The notes under the pieces are model-generated. The model did not search any database. It was not told where the DNA came from and was given only the letters and a program-made list of their open reading frames with translations. DNA of 64,000 nt. Source: a virus (lineage: Duplodnaviria > Caudoviricetes). Both the position numbers and the translations under genes were made by a program. Where the stretch lies: IMG/VR virus record IMGVR_UViG_3300037067_016777, positions 1 to 64,000 of that record; one strand, given 5' to 3'. This document shows, piece after piece, positions 1 through 11,109 of this stretch. The stretch's first letter is position 1. Every line of letters begins with the position of its first letter.

Positions 1-2907
1 ATTTCTGGTGCATCTGGTGCATCTGGGGCTACTGGTGTTCAGGGTGCAAGTGGTACAGATGGGGCTTCGGGATATATCGGAGTCGATGGTGCGTCTGGTG
101 CGACTGGAGCTACTGGCGTCCAGGGTGCGTCAGGATCTGAGGGGGCGACTGGAGTTGGAACATCTGGTGCTTCTGGGGCTACTGGCGTTCAGGGTGCATC
201 AGGATCTGAGGGGGCGACCGGGGTTGGAACATCTGGTGCATCTGGTGCGTCTGGGGCTACCGGTGTCCAGGGTGCATCAGGATCTGAGGGGGCGACCGGG
301 GTTGGAACATCTGGTGCATCTGGAGCAACTGGTGTTCAGGGTGCGTCAGGATCTGAGGGGGCGACTGGTATTTCTGGTGCATCTGGTGCATCTGGGGCTA
401 CTGGTGTTCAGGGTGCAAGTGGTACAGATGGGGCTTCGGGATATATCGGAGTTGATGGTGCTACTGGTCTCACGGGCTCTACTGGTCCGCAAGGCGAAAC
501 TGGTGGTGCTTCAGGTCCTGTTGGCCCAATCGGGGCATCAGGTTACATTGGCCTCGACGGTGCATCTGGTGCGACTGGTATTGGTGCAACAGGCTTAACT
601 GGCGCAACAGGTGCTACTGGTCTCACGGGCTCTACAGGCCCGCAAGGTGAGACTGGTGGCGCTTCTGGTCCTATTGGTTCGACTGGGGCTATAGGGCCAG
701 ATGGTGCCTCTGGGGCTACTGGTATCGGTGTTCAGGGCGCTACAGGTGCTACTGGTCTCACGGGTTCTACTGGCCCGCAAGGTGAGACTGGTGGTGCTTC
801 TGGTCCTGCTGGATCAACTGGTGCATCTGGACCGCAAGGAGTCGATGGGGCGACTGGTGCGACTGGCCCTGGCGTTGCAGACGGTGCTTATAATGCTGGC
901 GTCACGACTTGCACAGCTGCGATGACGTCGCTAACAACACCATCGCCTAATGTCGTTATTGTTAGTTCTGAAGGCGTGATATATAGAGAAGTCGATAACG
1001 ATCACCTTTATGGTTGGTATGCCTTCGATCAAGCAACACGCACATATGGGTGGGGAGTACAGATCGGTGGTGACACATATACACCGGGCGATCCGTTCGA
1101 AAACCCGATGTGGATAACCTACGATTTTGGTGCTGGCAATAATAAAGCCATCAACAAGTATGCGATGTACGCGAGAGTTCTCAATACATCGCTTCCACGA
1201 GACTGGACTCTTTCTGCTTCTAACGATAACACAAATTGGACTGTTCTTGATACAAGAACTAGTGTTGAGCCACCAGTTTCAACAGGAGTTTGGTCTAGTT
1301 ATTTCACATTCTATAACAGTGTAGCATATCGTTATTATAGAATGGATGTAACGAAGTGCACCTATCCTTATCTTCATACTTATAGTAGCACCGATTATTG
1401 GTATGCGATTATAGGGCAATTGAAGTTTGTTGAATATCCTCAGATATTCGGAGCAACTGGGTATTCAGGTGCGACTGGATTGACAGGTGCTACTGGTATT
1501 CAGGGTGAGACTGGCGGTGCTTCTGGTCCTGCTGGATCAACTGGTGCTACTGGTTTCACTGGAGCTACTGGCTTAACTGGAGCTACAGGCGTTGGTGCTA
1601 CCGGATCAACTGGTCCTACCGGGGCTACTGGTATTCAGGGTGAGACTGGTGGTGCTTCTGGTCCTTCTGGATCAACTGGTGCTACTGGTTTCACTGGTGC
1701 TACCGGCTTAACTGGTGCTACTGGTATAGGAGTAAACGGTGCTACTGGATCAACTGGTCCTACCGGGGCTACTGGTATTCAGGGCGAGACTGGTGGTGCA
1801 TCTGGTCCTGCTGGATCAACTGGTGCTACTGGTTTCACTGGTGCTACTGGCTCGACCGGCCCACAAGGTGCAACAGGTGCTGGCTTAACAGGTGCGACTG
1901 GTATAAGCGGTGCGACTGGCGCGACTGGACCTGTTGGGCAAACAGGTATGGGTGTCAATGGTGCGACTGGATCTACCGGTGTTCAGGGTGCGTCAGGATC
2001 TGCAGGTGCCACGGGCATCGATGGTGCTTCTGGTGCGTCTGGTGCAACTGGCGTGCAGGGTGCTAGCGGTACTGAAGGCGCTACGGGTGCGACTGGTCTT
2101 GATGGTGCTACTGGCCCGCAAGGTGAGACCGGTGGTGCATCTGGACCTGTTGGTGCAACGGGTATTCAGGGCGCGAGTGGTATCAACGGTGCTTCTGGAT
2201 ATATCGGGGTCGACGGCGCTACAGGCGTAACGGGCGCAACTGGCTCTACAGGCCCGCAAGGTGAGACTGGTGGTGCATCTGGGCCTGTTGGATCAACAGG
2301 CGCTACTGGTCTTGATGGTGCAACAGGTGCTACTGGTCTTACCGGCGCAACAGGTGCGACTGGCCTTGATGGTGCAACTGGTGTTATAGGTCTTACTGGT
2401 GCCACTGGATCTACTGGATTATCAGGTGCGTCTGGCGCGTCAGGTGCAACTGGCATGCAGGGCTCTACTGGAATTGTCGGATTTACTGGTGCAACTGGAT
2501 CGACGGGTCCTGGTGGTGCGACTGGTCCTGGTGCGTCTGGTGCAACTGGTGCTGATGGTGCCACAGGCATTACAGGGGCATCAGGTGTAGATGGAGCTAC
2601 AGGTATTAGCGGTGCTACAGGTGCAACTGGTATTGAGGGTGCAACTGGCCCGCAAGGTGAGACTGGTGGCGCTTCTGGTCCTGCTGGTGCAACTGGTGCT
2701 ACTGGACCTAGTGGTGGAGAAGCTGGTGCTACCGGAGCCGCTGGTGTTGATGGTGCATCAGGTGTTGATGGTGCATCAGGTGCTGCAGGAGCATCTGGTG
2801 CTGCTGGTGCAACTGGTGTGACCGATCTACCAGCAGCACCCACAGTTGACGGTGACTACATTTTGCGTGTAGTCAGTAATGTCCTGACTTGGGTTATCCC
2901 GACTTAA
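1..2907 (+). CDS. Collagen-like (Gly-X-Y) fibre protein with internal discoidin/F5-8 type C domain, 5'-truncated
   Basis: Frame 1 is open from base 1 (ATT TCT GGT GCA...) into the 922..2907 ORF. Long GAT/GAS triplet runs flank a globular domain ([38 protein letters not shown]). Confidence 0.88.
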   Translation: MSGASGASGATGVQGASGTDGASGYIGVDGASGATGATGVQGASGSEGATGVGTSGASGATGVQGASGSEGATGVGTSGASGASGATGVQGASGSEGATGVGTSGASGATGVQGASGSEGATGISGASGASGATGVQGASGTDGASGYIGVDGATGLTGSTGPQGETGGASGPVGPIGASGYIGLDGASGATGIGATGLTGATGATGLTGSTGPQGETGGASGPIGSTGAIGPDGASGATGIGVQGATGATGLTGSTGPQGETGGASGPAGSTGASGPQGVDGATGATGPGVADGAYNAGVTTCTAAMTSLTTPSPNVVIVSSEGVIYREVDNDHLYGWYAFDQATRTYGWGVQIGGDTYTPGDPFENPMWITYDFGAGNNKAINKYAMYARVLNTSLPRDWTLSASNDNTNWTVLDTRTSVEPPVSTGVWSSYFTFYNSVAYRYYRMDVTKCTYPYLHTYSSTDYWYAIIGQLKFVEYPQIFGATGYSGATGLTGATGIQGETGGASGPAGSTGATGFTGATGLTGATGVGATGSTGPTGATGIQGETGGASGPSGSTGATGFTGATGLTGATGIGVNGATGSTGPTGATGIQGETGGASGPAGSTGATGFTGATGSTGPQGATGAGLTGATGISGATGATGPVGQTGMGVNGATGSTGVQGASGSAGATGIDGASGASGATGVQGASGTEGATGATGLDGATGPQGETGGASGPVGATGIQGASGINGASGYIGVDGATGVTGATGSTGPQGETGGASGPVGSTGATGLDGATGATGLTGATGATGLDGATGVIGLTGATGSTGLSGASGASGATGMQGSTGIVGFTGATGSTGPGGATGPGASGATGADGATGITGASGVDGATGISGATGATGIEGATGPQGETGGASGPAGATGATGPSGGEAGATGAAGVDGASGVDGASGAAGASGAAGATGVTDLPAAPTVDGDYILRVVSNVLTWVIPT

Positions 2908-3962
2908 GACCTCAAAGCACGCTCAATTTCTTTTGTTGCGGTGCCTAGCCCGCCACTAAAACGGATCAGGCGTGCTCCTTTCTTCATGTTTTTGACAACT
3001 TGCGCCTCAAATGAATGTGAAATGAACGTTGTCCAAAGCATGATAATGTCGGCTTGAGAATCGAATGTGCTGCGATTTTTATCGACAACATCGATTCGGA
3101 TTCTGCCGTGCAGCGACTCAGCAACGATAGCAATTTGCTCTGCTTTGAATCCGGCGAAAGCGACTTGAGGGAGACGTACCGGTGCTGGTTTTTCTTGCAG
3201 TTGACGTCGAATCTTTTCTTGCGGTAAGTCGGCCAATAGCCGCGTCGTCATTGTGAGATTTTCTTCAAGTAGCCGCGTGTGTTCACCGGCCTGCGAGCAG
3301 ATATTGATGAAAGCTTTCGCGACGATTGCTTCGGTCGATATGCAATCAAGAATTGTTTGCTCAGAGAATCGTGAAACAAGATCAAATGGCGACAAGGAAT
3401 CGACAATTTTTGGTGTGAATAGCTGAACTTCCTCGTCAGTCAAAGAGGCAATAACTTCTTCTCTCGACATTGCTTCTTTGCGCCGAGCGATTTCTTGTTT
3501 AGCGACTTGTAGATCTTGTTCTATATCTAGCCAGTGGATTCGATTGTACTCAATCAGACGCTTGTTCAGTTCTGAGACAAGTCCGGCGTGGGCTGGTCGT
3601 CGCTGTTCTTCTGGCATCTGCTGCATGATGCGTTCAGCCAGATTTTTGATGCCAGTCGTCGGTTCTTTGAGGCTTAGAGAAGAGACTTTCGCAACCAAGA
3701 AGTCCCACTCATCTTCGCCCCAGAAAACCTTTTTCGCACCGCTTGCAATATGACCATCGCCGTTTTTTTCTTGCCCATTTGGGCTGGCGAGTATCTGTGC
3801 AAGTTTGCCTCTGATTTCGATATGCTGGTGTTCAAGCGTGGTCTTCAAGGCCAATACTTCATCGCGTGTCATGGTACTGACCAATTTGCCAGCTCTAATA
3901 CGGTCCGCTCTGCCGTTAGACTGATATAGCGAAATCCATTGGGTGGTAGACGTGGAATGCAT
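2904..3962 (-). CDS. Hypothetical protein
   Basis: 352-aa ORF directly downstream of a conserved promoter motif. Confidence 0.75.
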   Translation of the reverse strand: MHSTSTTQWISLYQSNGRADRIRAGKLVSTMTRDEVLALKTTLEHQHIEIRGKLAQILASPNGQEKNGDGHIASGAKKVFWGEDEWDFLVAKVSSLSLKEPTTGIKNLAERIMQQMPEEQRRPAHAGLVSELNKRLIEYNRIHWLDIEQDLQVAKQEIARRKEAMSREEVIASLTDEEVQLFTPKIVDSLSPFDLVSRFSEQTILDCISTEAIVAKAFINICSQAGEHTRLLEENLTMTTRLLADLPQEKIRRQLQEKPAPVRLPQVAFAGFKAEQIAIVAESLHGRIRIDVVDKNRSTFDSQADIIMLWTTFISHSFEAQVVKNMKKGARLIRFSGGLGTATKEIERALRS

Positions 3963-4012
3963 AGTGTCCCTCTAGTTAGAGATAGTAGAACAAATAGCCA
4001 TCACTACGATAA

Positions 4013-4041
4013 ATCATAGCACGAAGAAGAATATTTATTAA
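4013..4041 (-). promoter_or_regulatory. Conserved phage promoter
   Basis: TTAATA-17bp(..TCGTGC)-TATGAT. Confidence 0.75.
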
Positions 4042-4068
4042 CTGTATTTGATATATCACTCAGAGGGA

Positions 4069-4359
4069 TTATTTAGCCAGTTTGCTGCACATAATTGTGA
4101 AGGCTAACCCAAGTATATATCTGTCACTAACCGGCTCTGAGTGCAACAATCTATTCAAAGTCTCGCAGCATACCTCCGCTAACCGATTATCCTCGATAGC
4201 GCACGAGGCGAAAGATTCGAGCCACGTTGATATTTCGCTTGCCCCTAAAGAAGCAATAAACTTTTGCGCATCATAGGCTGCAGGGTGTGGTTCTCCTAAT
4301 TTTAACTCTCCTCTGGTAGCAGCACGCACTTCTTTTTCAGACATATCATTCCTTTCCAT
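4069..4359 (-). CDS. Hypothetical protein
   Basis: ORF coupled to the upstream gene in a minus-strand operon. Confidence 0.65.
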   Translation of the reverse strand: MERNDMSEKEVRAATRGELKLGEPHPAAYDAQKFIASLGASEISTWLESFASCAIEDNRLAEVCCETLNRLLHSEPVSDRYILGLAFTIMCSKLAK

Positions 4360-4732
4360 TGGTTATTCTTGCTTTAATTGCATTACATACCGCTTTACAC
4401 TGGTCTACGTCGAACATACCAATATGGCACTTACTTGATGGGATTGATAATTCTCTAGACAGCCATGCATAGGCGTCATTACGGCTCATATCGCCGTGTT
4501 GCCATAGCTTATCGAACTTAGAATGAGCTTGTTTTTTCCAAAAACGGAGCTCTGGGTTTGCTAGTCGACCGAGGGGTTTGTTTGTACCTTTTTGGCAGCC
4601 GACATAAGCATCGCATTTAGGCCACTTCGAGCAAATCAAGACCTTACCATATGATGTGCCATAAATGACGGCGGAGTCTTTGCAGACTACTTCAGCGCCA
4701 CAATATGGACATGTTTCTTTAGCAACCATCAA
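4346..4732 (-). CDS. DUF3268-like zinc-finger protein
   Basis: CPYCG...C..CDAYVGC..GT..PLGRLAN.ELR..K..AH..FD.LW...CHIGMF pattern. Confidence 0.8.
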   Translation of the reverse strand: MMVAKETCPYCGAEVVCKDSAVIYGTSYGKVLICSKWPKCDAYVGCQKGTNKPLGRLANPELRFWKKQAHSKFDKLWQHGDMSRNDAYAWLSRELSIPSSKCHIGMFDVDQCKAVCNAIKARITNGKE

Positions 4733-5463
4733 ACATATTGGATATCTAAATTGTGTTCTTTTGATATTTCATCACAATAGACCGGATCGATCTCAGTCAA
4801 AGTGCAAGAGTAGCCAAGGTGCTTGCACACACGAAGTGTTGTTGCTGTGCCAGCAAATGGATCAAAAACCGTACCACCGTCTGGTGTTGTCATCTTCAAA
4901 CAACGTTCAACAAGACCCTCATGCAATTGGGTCGGGCACCATGCTCTGCGTTGTTTCGAATTACCAACTACTCTTGGAAAATGAAAAACATCACCAGGTA
5001 CTCTACCGCGCGGATCGGCGCGTTTATCGCCGTTTGCCTGACGCCACGACATTACTCTTACATTATCTGGCAACAACGGTGCATCATGTCGTCGCAATCG
5101 TACTATTGGTCTGAAGTTGTTGCCCAAGTCGTTTTGATTGTGTTGGCCAAATGTAAAGACTTGAACACACGATTTAACTTCCAGTGTTCCTGCTCGCGAT
5201 TCGATCAGATCATCGATTAGTGGCCCTAATTTGAAAGTCCAAATTGCGTTATATGAGAGCCAAACAGTTTTAGCATGGAGCACAAAGTTGTTTAGCCAAT
5301 TTCGCATCATCTGTATGTAATCGTAGGCCGAAATCTTGTCTGAATATGTCGCGTACTTCAACCCTATTCCATCTGGCGGATCTGCAAATAGAGTGTCCCA
5401 TTGACGATCAGGTACAGATCGCAAATATTCGAGACAGTTAGTGTTTATGAGCTCGTGTTTCAT
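4729..5463 (-). CDS. Beta-class N4/N6 DNA methyltransferase-like protein
   Basis: N-terminal motif IV-like DPPD and C-terminal FDPFAGTATT SAM-binding motif. Confidence 0.8.
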   Translation of the reverse strand: MKHELINTNCLEYLRSVPDRQWDTLFADPPDGIGLKYATYSDKISAYDYIQMMRNWLNNFVLHAKTVWLSYNAIWTFKLGPLIDDLIESRAGTLEVKSCVQVFTFGQHNQNDLGNNFRPIVRLRRHDAPLLPDNVRVMSWRQANGDKRADPRGRVPGDVFHFPRVVGNSKQRRAWCPTQLHEGLVERCLKMTTPDGGTVFDPFAGTATTLRVCKHLGYSCTLTEIDPVYCDEISKEHNLDIQYV

Positions 5464-5690
5464 TTTTCAATATCTGGTATAACCCAATGATGCCCGTGGC
5501 GTACTGATTCTGGGACAGCAGCTATTGCATTTGCGTTAAATATAGTAGACGAATACCTCATATCATTATCGAACCAACAGCAGACGTATGATTCAATATC
5601 AGTTTGACATTGGTGGTCAACTGTCATAGTTGGACCGCCAGATTTCAAACAGACTAAATCACCAGTTTTGAAAGCAGCTTTTGCGGTCAT
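5460..5690 (-). CDS. YodC/DUF2158 family protein
   Basis: FKTGDLVCLKSGGPTMTV...CCWF signature. Confidence 0.85.
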   Translation of the reverse strand: MTAKAAFKTGDLVCLKSGGPTMTVDHQCQTDIESYVCCWFDNDMRYSSTIFNANAIAAVPESVRHGHHWVIPDIEK

Positions 5691-5785
5691 CGCATCCCAC
5701 CTTTCATTAGATAGTAATGAAATACTTGGAACAATATATCTCTATAGTATATAAAATATCATCGAAGATATTAGAGAGGAGCACA

Positions 5786-5971
5786 ATGCTTTATCCGCAA
5801 CCTTATGAACCTAGTGAAGCACTGATTGAAGCACACAAACAACGTATTAGAAAACAACACTTGCGTCTAAAACGTAAATGTAAATCACCAAAATCTATAA
5901 AAGAATACCACCCTGGGATTACACAAGTGCCTTGTGTTACCAGACCTGTCGTTGGCTCTCATTATCAATAG
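5786..5971 (+). CDS. Hypothetical basic protein
   Basis: GAGAGGAG RBS before ATG at 5786. Confidence 0.5.
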   Translation: MLYPQPYEPSEALIEAHKQRIRKQHLRLKRKCKSPKSIKEYHPGITQVPCVTRPVVGSHYQ

Positions 5972-5974
5972 CTT

Positions 5975-6484
5975 ATGAGCAAGTCGTTAATGTTACAAGC
6001 TGAGGTTGATGCTATCCTCGACATAATACCACAGAGTGGTGTTGTCCTGGAGATAGGCACTTTTCATGGTCTAACAGTATCTAAATGGGCTATTGAGCGA
6101 CCGGATGTTATTTTCTTCAGTATTGATCCTTTACACAGGAGAGGTGCTGGATTAAAATGGTACGAGAATCGCAAGCCGAATATGAGGTTACTAACCGGCA
6201 CCATAGATGATTTAGAACTACTCAAGGCTCGCAGTATATTCGATGTGGTGGTTGTAGACGGCGATCATTCTTATATTGCTTGTCGCAATGACCTTGAAAA
6301 GGGTCTTGCTTTAATTAAACCGAGGTGTCCATTCGCTGTTCATGATTATACTAAGAGTACACTCAGGCGTACGACTGCAAGAGCAGTTGTAAGAGCCGTT
6401 AATGATTTTTGCAATACATACGACTACAAGATTGATCGTATAATCGGTACGACAGCATTCTTGGAAGCATATTATGAATCGTGA
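5975..6484 (+). CDS. Class I SAM-dependent methyltransferase (Methyltransf_24-like)
   Basis: VLEIGTFHG...SIDP...FDVVVVDGDHSY...HDY motifs. Confidence 0.85.
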   Translation: MSKSLMLQAEVDAILDIIPQSGVVLEIGTFHGLTVSKWAIERPDVIFFSIDPLHRRGAGLKWYENRKPNMRLLTGTIDDLELLKARSIFDVVVVDGDHSYIACRNDLEKGLALIKPRCPFAVHDYTKSTLRRTTARAVVRAVNDFCNTYDYKIDRIIGTTAFLEAYYES

Positions 6485-6722
6485 AGACAAGCACGTAAAT
6501 CTAGATGATGTTCCAAAGCATCTGAAGAAGGCTAAAAAGAAGCCATTTGGAATAGAGTATTTCAGAAGATGGAGTCTTGGTGGATGGACTAGCCACCATT
6601 GGTATCCCACAGAAAAAGCCAGGGATCAAGCCTACGACAACCTCGTAGCTAAGGTAGGTGGGATATCAAGAAGCACTATCTGCCATGGTGTATCCTCCGA
6701 TATTAGGAAAGTAGAGAGATGA
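6474..6722 (+). CDS. Hypothetical protein
   Basis: ORF overlapping both neighbours. Confidence 0.6.
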   Translation: MNREDKHVNLDDVPKHLKKAKKKPFGIEYFRRWSLGGWTSHHWYPTEKARDQAYDNLVAKVGGISRSTICHGVSSDIRKVER

Positions 6723-7591
6723 CACAGACGACATTGACTGGAATCTGTGCGACCTGTGGTGGATATTCTGAGGAACTTAAACAAATTTCTGGATGTTCTG
6801 ATGAGCGATATGGAATAGAGCACAACACGAAATGGTTGTGTCCTAAATGTCGACAAGCCGAATTGGATAGAAGACTCGGAACCTCAAACACAACAAAAAC
6901 TATGAATAATGAAGCTGACATCAAGAAACGCCGTGCAGCAGAAGCCGAGTTTTGGGGCGATTGTTATGATATGAACGCCTTGGGTGAGATCGTCAAGCAA
7001 ACAACCTATGCTCGCGAAATGAGCATTTATGAGGAGTATGGGGATGCATCAGGCGACCTCGATTTGGATGGCGCATCGATCACAGATATTGGATCAGGCC
7101 CGTGGTCATTGTTGTTGCGGTGCTACAACACCGGAAAACTTACAGCAGTTGATCCGATCCCTTGGCCAGCGTCCGTTATACGTCGATACCAGATTTATGG
7201 CATCGAATTCATCCAGAAAGGCGGAGAAGAGGTAGGTAATCTGCCGATTGCTGATGAAGTCTGGATTTACAACTGTTTGCAACACGTCGAAGATCCAATC
7301 AAAGTCATTGAGAATGCAAAGAAGATAGGAAGACGAATTCGGATTTTCGAGTGGCTAAACACGGCAGTTGATCAATTTCATCTCCATACGCTTACATCTG
7401 ACATGCTTATGGCTGCGTTTGCTGGTGCAGCTGTAGAACGAACCCGTACTGTGTCGTTGACCGGTCGGTGCCAAGGTACGGCGTTCGTAGGGAGCTTTAT
7501 TGCTAATCCGATTATCAGACAACACGAGCCTAAACTCAAGAAGCCAGTCCTTGGGCCGGTCCTTGGGAAGACTGATTTGGTGGGATATTAA
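6719..7591 (+). CDS. Class I SAM-dependent methyltransferase with N-terminal CxxC..CxxC
   Basis: ITDIGSGP, AVDP and NCLQHVEDP motifs, plus CATC/CPKC. Confidence 0.75.
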   Translation: MTQTTLTGICATCGGYSEELKQISGCSDERYGIEHNTKWLCPKCRQAELDRRLGTSNTTKTMNNEADIKKRRAAEAEFWGDCYDMNALGEIVKQTTYAREMSIYEEYGDASGDLDLDGASITDIGSGPWSLLLRCYNTGKLTAVDPIPWPASVIRRYQIYGIEFIQKGGEEVGNLPIADEVWIYNCLQHVEDPIKVIENAKKIGRRIRIFEWLNTAVDQFHLHTLTSDMLMAAFAGAAVERTRTVSLTGRCQGTAFVGSFIANPIIRQHEPKLKKPVLGPVLGKTDLVGY

Positions 7592-7613
7592 TAAACTCTA
7601 TTGAGGATGAAAT

Positions 7614-8039
7614 ATGTGGTTTCGTCGAAAGAAGCCTGTCAGAAAGAAGCGCAATCCGAAGGAATGGACAATACCTAAAGATCAGGCTATTGAAATCATC
7701 AGTTTATATGATGATATGATGCAGGCGGCGGCATTAGGGATAGCGAGTGGCTATATTAGAAAACTACCACAATTTTTGTTCTGGAAAAAGGTCGTCGAAG
7801 CTATACCAGATGTTCGCGGTCACGCAATGCGGATTGAGAGTTCCGGCGACCGCTTTTGTATCAAAATCGTCGAAATCGTTGGTGATGATGATTATGAGCC
7901 GGAGCGAGAGACTACTAATACAGAGGATGTCTTGTATGAGCTTGAGGATAAGCTGAATCAAGAGTCATGTAAGCCGTCTCCTGGCTTGAAGATGTGCCCT
8001 TATTGCGAAGAATTAACTGATATCGACATGGAAAGATGA
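7614..8039 (+). CDS. Hypothetical protein
   Basis: GAGGA RBS; 141-aa ORF. Confidence 0.7.
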   Translation: MWFRRKKPVRKKRNPKEWTIPKDQAIEIISLYDDMMQAAALGIASGYIRKLPQFLFWKKVVEAIPDVRGHAMRIESSGDRFCIKIVEIVGDDDYEPERETTNTEDVLYELEDKLNQESCKPSPGLKMCPYCEELTDIDMER

Positions 8040-8040
8040 A

Positions 8041-8676
8041 ATGGAAGCGAATACTTTTTCAGATCGGCTTGACAGTGAACTTAAACCGGAAGACGACCAA
8101 TGGAAACAAATGGTCGATTTGTTCTATGAGAGGACGAATCGACATGTAGGGTTAGTTAATAAACACGCACAAATCATCTATGAGCGTTTTCCTGAGGTCT
8201 GTGCTGAATTGGTCACTAATGCTTATCAACACGACGCAAGCAAATATCAACGGCCGGAATTTGTTCCCTATGTGTATTTGACGTGGGGAAAGCAGAACGA
8301 CATGGATTTCACTGGATTGTGTGACTCGATGTACGAATGTCTCAATTGTCATGGTTTTGAGACGTCGCAAGATATTAAAGACGCCATAAGCAAAGCGACA
8401 TTACATCATATAACTGTTAATAAACACCATCCAGAATTTCATTCACCACAGAAGATACAACCAGTAGCTATCGGCGAGACTCCGCCTGTTGTTGTTGCCA
8501 CAGATATGGACATTCTCAGTTTAGCTGAGATGTGTGCGGACTGGGCAGCGATGTCCGAAGAGTTAGGAACTAACGTTGTCGATTGGGCTTATAAGAACAT
8601 AAACAGATGGCGTTTTCATCCGAACCAAAAACGCCAGATTGCTGATTTCCTAACTGTTTGTGTGAAAAATGGCTAA
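8041..8676 (+). CDS. HD-like protein (DUF5662-like)
   Basis: H..HDASK...HH..N.HHPEFH...EM.ADW.AMS pattern. Confidence 0.7.
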   Translation: MEANTFSDRLDSELKPEDDQWKQMVDLFYERTNRHVGLVNKHAQIIYERFPEVCAELVTNAYQHDASKYQRPEFVPYVYLTWGKQNDMDFTGLCDSMYECLNCHGFETSQDIKDAISKATLHHITVNKHHPEFHSPQKIQPVAIGETPPVVVATDMDILSLAEMCADWAAMSEELGTNVVDWAYKNINRWRFHPNQKRQIADFLTVCVKNG

Positions 8677-8869
8677 GACCGAATTAGAAGATCTGCGTAA
8701 AAAACTTGATAGATTGGTAGCGGCACGCAATAACACTGACGTTACACAAGTAGCTGTTTGTTCAGCATTTAATAAGTTGATACGTACCACACGTGCTAAG
8801 ATCCAGCGTGAATTGAAGAAACAAGGTGAGACTGATGCAAGTCTTCCAACTGAGAGCAGAAGGTCTTGA
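8669..8869 (+). CDS. Hypothetical protein
   Basis: Coupled ORF. Confidence 0.55.
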   Translation: MAKTELEDLRKKLDRLVAARNNTDVTQVAVCSAFNKLIRTTRAKIQRELKKQGETDASLPTESRRS

Positions 8870-9293
8870 TATACTTACGGGCAGTCGTAAAAGAACAATA
8901 AACAGTTCTACTGCATTTGCCACATATGAACTGGCAGAGAAACGCGTAGATAAATTTCGTGCTTTAGTTGGTGATATGATAGAGAATCCGACAATAACCA
9001 TCATACCTATAGATGTGATTACAGATGAAAGCGGTGGGTTGCCTGAGAGCCATACGCCGTCAATTTATGGCCCTTTATCTGTAGCGAAGAGAAATGAAAT
9101 AGTCTACGCCGCTGGATATGAAGAGAAGGCTGGTTCGTTCGGAATGTTTGACGGTCCAACTCCATCATTACAAGAAATACTAGAGTCAATACCATGTGGC
9201 GTCAATCCATGCATTATCAGATTTAATCTCGACGGGTCTGAGCAAATTCTTTATCGATGGTATGACAACGAACGCTCTTGGAAGTTGCAATAG
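8835..9293 (+). CDS. Hypothetical protein
   Basis: ORF in plus-strand operon. Confidence 0.6.
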   Translation: MQVFQLRAEGLDILTGSRKRTINSSTAFATYELAEKRVDKFRALVGDMIENPTITIIPIDVITDESGGLPESHTPSIYGPLSVAKRNEIVYAAGYEEKAGSFGMFDGPTPSLQEILESIPCGVNPCIIRFNLDGSEQILYRWYDNERSWKLQ

Positions 9294-9317
9294 AAACCGT
9301 AACCGCCTAGAAACATA

Positions 9318-9938
9318 ATGGAAGAAAAGAAACTAAAGAAGATTAGAATAACCGGTACATCTCATCGCAGATGTGATCAAGGTGAGGTTACAATCGGTGA
9401 GTTGACTTCGGAAGAAATGGAGACGATTGAGGCGTTTACTCTTGGCTCTTGTTGGGTAAGGGTAAATGAAGATGGTCGGCTTGAAAGACGAGAGCGATTC
9501 GCCGAACTACCGAGCCTAGTTGAAGATCCGTATCAGCCACCGAAATGGATACCATTGGTTGACTGGACTAAAGAGGCTCCGTTTCTTTGTAATCCGACAC
9601 CATCGCTACCAGAAGAGCCAGATCCCAAATATCATTGCCCGTCTTTCATCGTTAAGTATCTGTGCGGCTACAATAATACTCCATATGAATATGAAGCGAG
9701 GAAGCTCCAGTCTTATGGATTTGAATGCCTTCGATCACGGCGAGGGCCAGATGGTCGTTTTTGTGAAATCTGGTATCTTGCTGGATATCATTTCGCGAAG
9801 GGCGAGCTAAAAAATGAGATGGAATTGAAATCCGACGTAGCAGAACAGATCTCAGCAGCAGTCAACTTTTTGTGTCGTAAGGTCTCATTTGGTACCCTTG
9901 ATGTTTGCTATCAACGTGCAGCAATGGTGATAGACTAA
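9318..9938 (+). CDS. Hypothetical protein
   Basis: 206-aa ORF. Confidence 0.7.
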   Translation: MEEKKLKKIRITGTSHRRCDQGEVTIGELTSEEMETIEAFTLGSCWVRVNEDGRLERRERFAELPSLVEDPYQPPKWIPLVDWTKEAPFLCNPTPSLPEEPDPKYHCPSFIVKYLCGYNNTPYEYEARKLQSYGFECLRSRRGPDGRFCEIWYLAGYHFAKGELKNEMELKSDVAEQISAAVNFLCRKVSFGTLDVCYQRAAMVID

Positions 9939-10117
9939 TGGAATATATCAGACCAGGAGTTCAATTACCGAATGGCGAAACTGTGTATCCTACCAACGTC
10001 GAATGGCTTCTAGCATTTGCTATAGCTGGTTGTAAATGGGCAGAAGAAGCATTAGAAGATGCTGTCGAAAACCACAATAGAGACGAAATCGAGAAGCATT
10101 TCGGGGAGAATATATGA
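9938..10117 (+). CDS. Hypothetical protein
   Basis: TAATG stop/start coupling. Confidence 0.6.
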   Translation: MEYIRPGVQLPNGETVYPTNVEWLLAFAIAGCKWAEEALEDAVENHNRDEIEKHFGENI

Positions 10118-10653
10118 CATTCGACGAACTGTGGCTCCGATATGAGGATGTTCGATCACAATTGAATGAGATGGCACCGAAAGAAGGTCCAGTTGCTTCG
10201 GAGCTTCCTAAGTATACGATATTGCGCCAGAGATACGATAAACTGACACAAATTGTTCTAAGCCATCCAGACTCATTTGATAGAGTTCGATGTTGGATGG
10301 TCGACGCAAAAGGAAACAAAGCAGAATGTGAGGTTTCTCCCGATTTGCTCGCAGAGATGGAAGATGGTATATCACAAGGCTTAGAGCACAAGTACATCGA
10401 GAGATTCGGCGCACTTCCGTCTGAAGTTAAATCTCTTATGTCAAACTGGAATTTGACTGACTCGGGTGGAGGTTGTGGCTGTTGGCATTTGGGGTGCCAT
10501 TGCACTACAGTAGAGGCACAAAACTTGTGTAGCGAGTTGTATAAGACTTTCAACTATGCGATCAGCACGGGATTGCTGGTGATTGAAAGAAAACTATGGT
10601 CGTTAGCATTAGCACCCACTTTCACAATAAAAGAATGGGCTAATCCAGACTGA
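10114..10653 (+). CDS. Hypothetical protein
   Basis: ATGA coupling; 179 aa. Confidence 0.7.
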   Translation: MTFDELWLRYEDVRSQLNEMAPKEGPVASELPKYTILRQRYDKLTQIVLSHPDSFDRVRCWMVDAKGNKAECEVSPDLLAEMEDGISQGLEHKYIERFGALPSEVKSLMSNWNLTDSGGGCGCWHLGCHCTTVEAQNLCSELYKTFNYAISTGLLVIERKLWSLALAPTFTIKEWANPD

Positions 10654-10843
10654 TAAACCGCACAGGAACGGAACGTTTTGGCCTCTCGGTCTTCGGTTTG
10701 TCAGACAGATCTATTCTACCAGCCGGTTCGGGTTCTTCGGTTAATCCGTAGAAGAGATATCCACTGTCGTCGTAGTTATATTCATCTTGCCATCCGGACG
10801 ATGTTAGGCAATCAGTCCACTTAACCAGCTTAGGCATTTTCAT
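10640..10843 (-). CDS. Hypothetical protein
   Basis: Last gene of a minus-strand operon; coupled start. Confidence 0.5.
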   Translation of the reverse strand: MKMPKLVKWTDCLTSSGWQDEYNYDDSGYLFYGLTEEPEPAGRIDLSDKPKTERPKRSVPVRFISLD

Positions 10844-11109
10844 TATTCACCGAAATCAACTGTTCGAATTTCGATAGCTTCTGGATCGATGACTCTTGAG
10901 TCGCTCTTCTCGATCATCCTCGATCCATCAGGGCTATAGCATGACAGACACTCTTGCGGTGTCCATGCATATGGCGGAGTTTGCCAAACGCCTACGCGCA
11001 TTCTTACGACGATTTTGGCATTGTCGAAACACCAGCAACCGCCAGATGTACCGTGATTATAAAAATCGTCGTGGCAGCCAACACACATCGATTTTGACTT
11101 CTCAATCAT
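10843..11109 (-). CDS. Cys-rich hypothetical protein
   Basis: CVGC..CWC..CLSC. Confidence 0.6.
   Translation of the reverse strand: MIEKSKSMCVGCHDDFYNHGTSGGCWCFDNAKIVVRMRVGVWQTPPYAWTPQECLSCYSPDGSRMIEKSDSRVIDPEAIEIRTVDFGE

Noticed and set aside
8-2843. Alternative-frame and antisense ORFs over the collagen gene
   Set aside because: Shadow ORFs created by the GGN-GCN-WCN triplet periodicity; frame 1 is the real protein.
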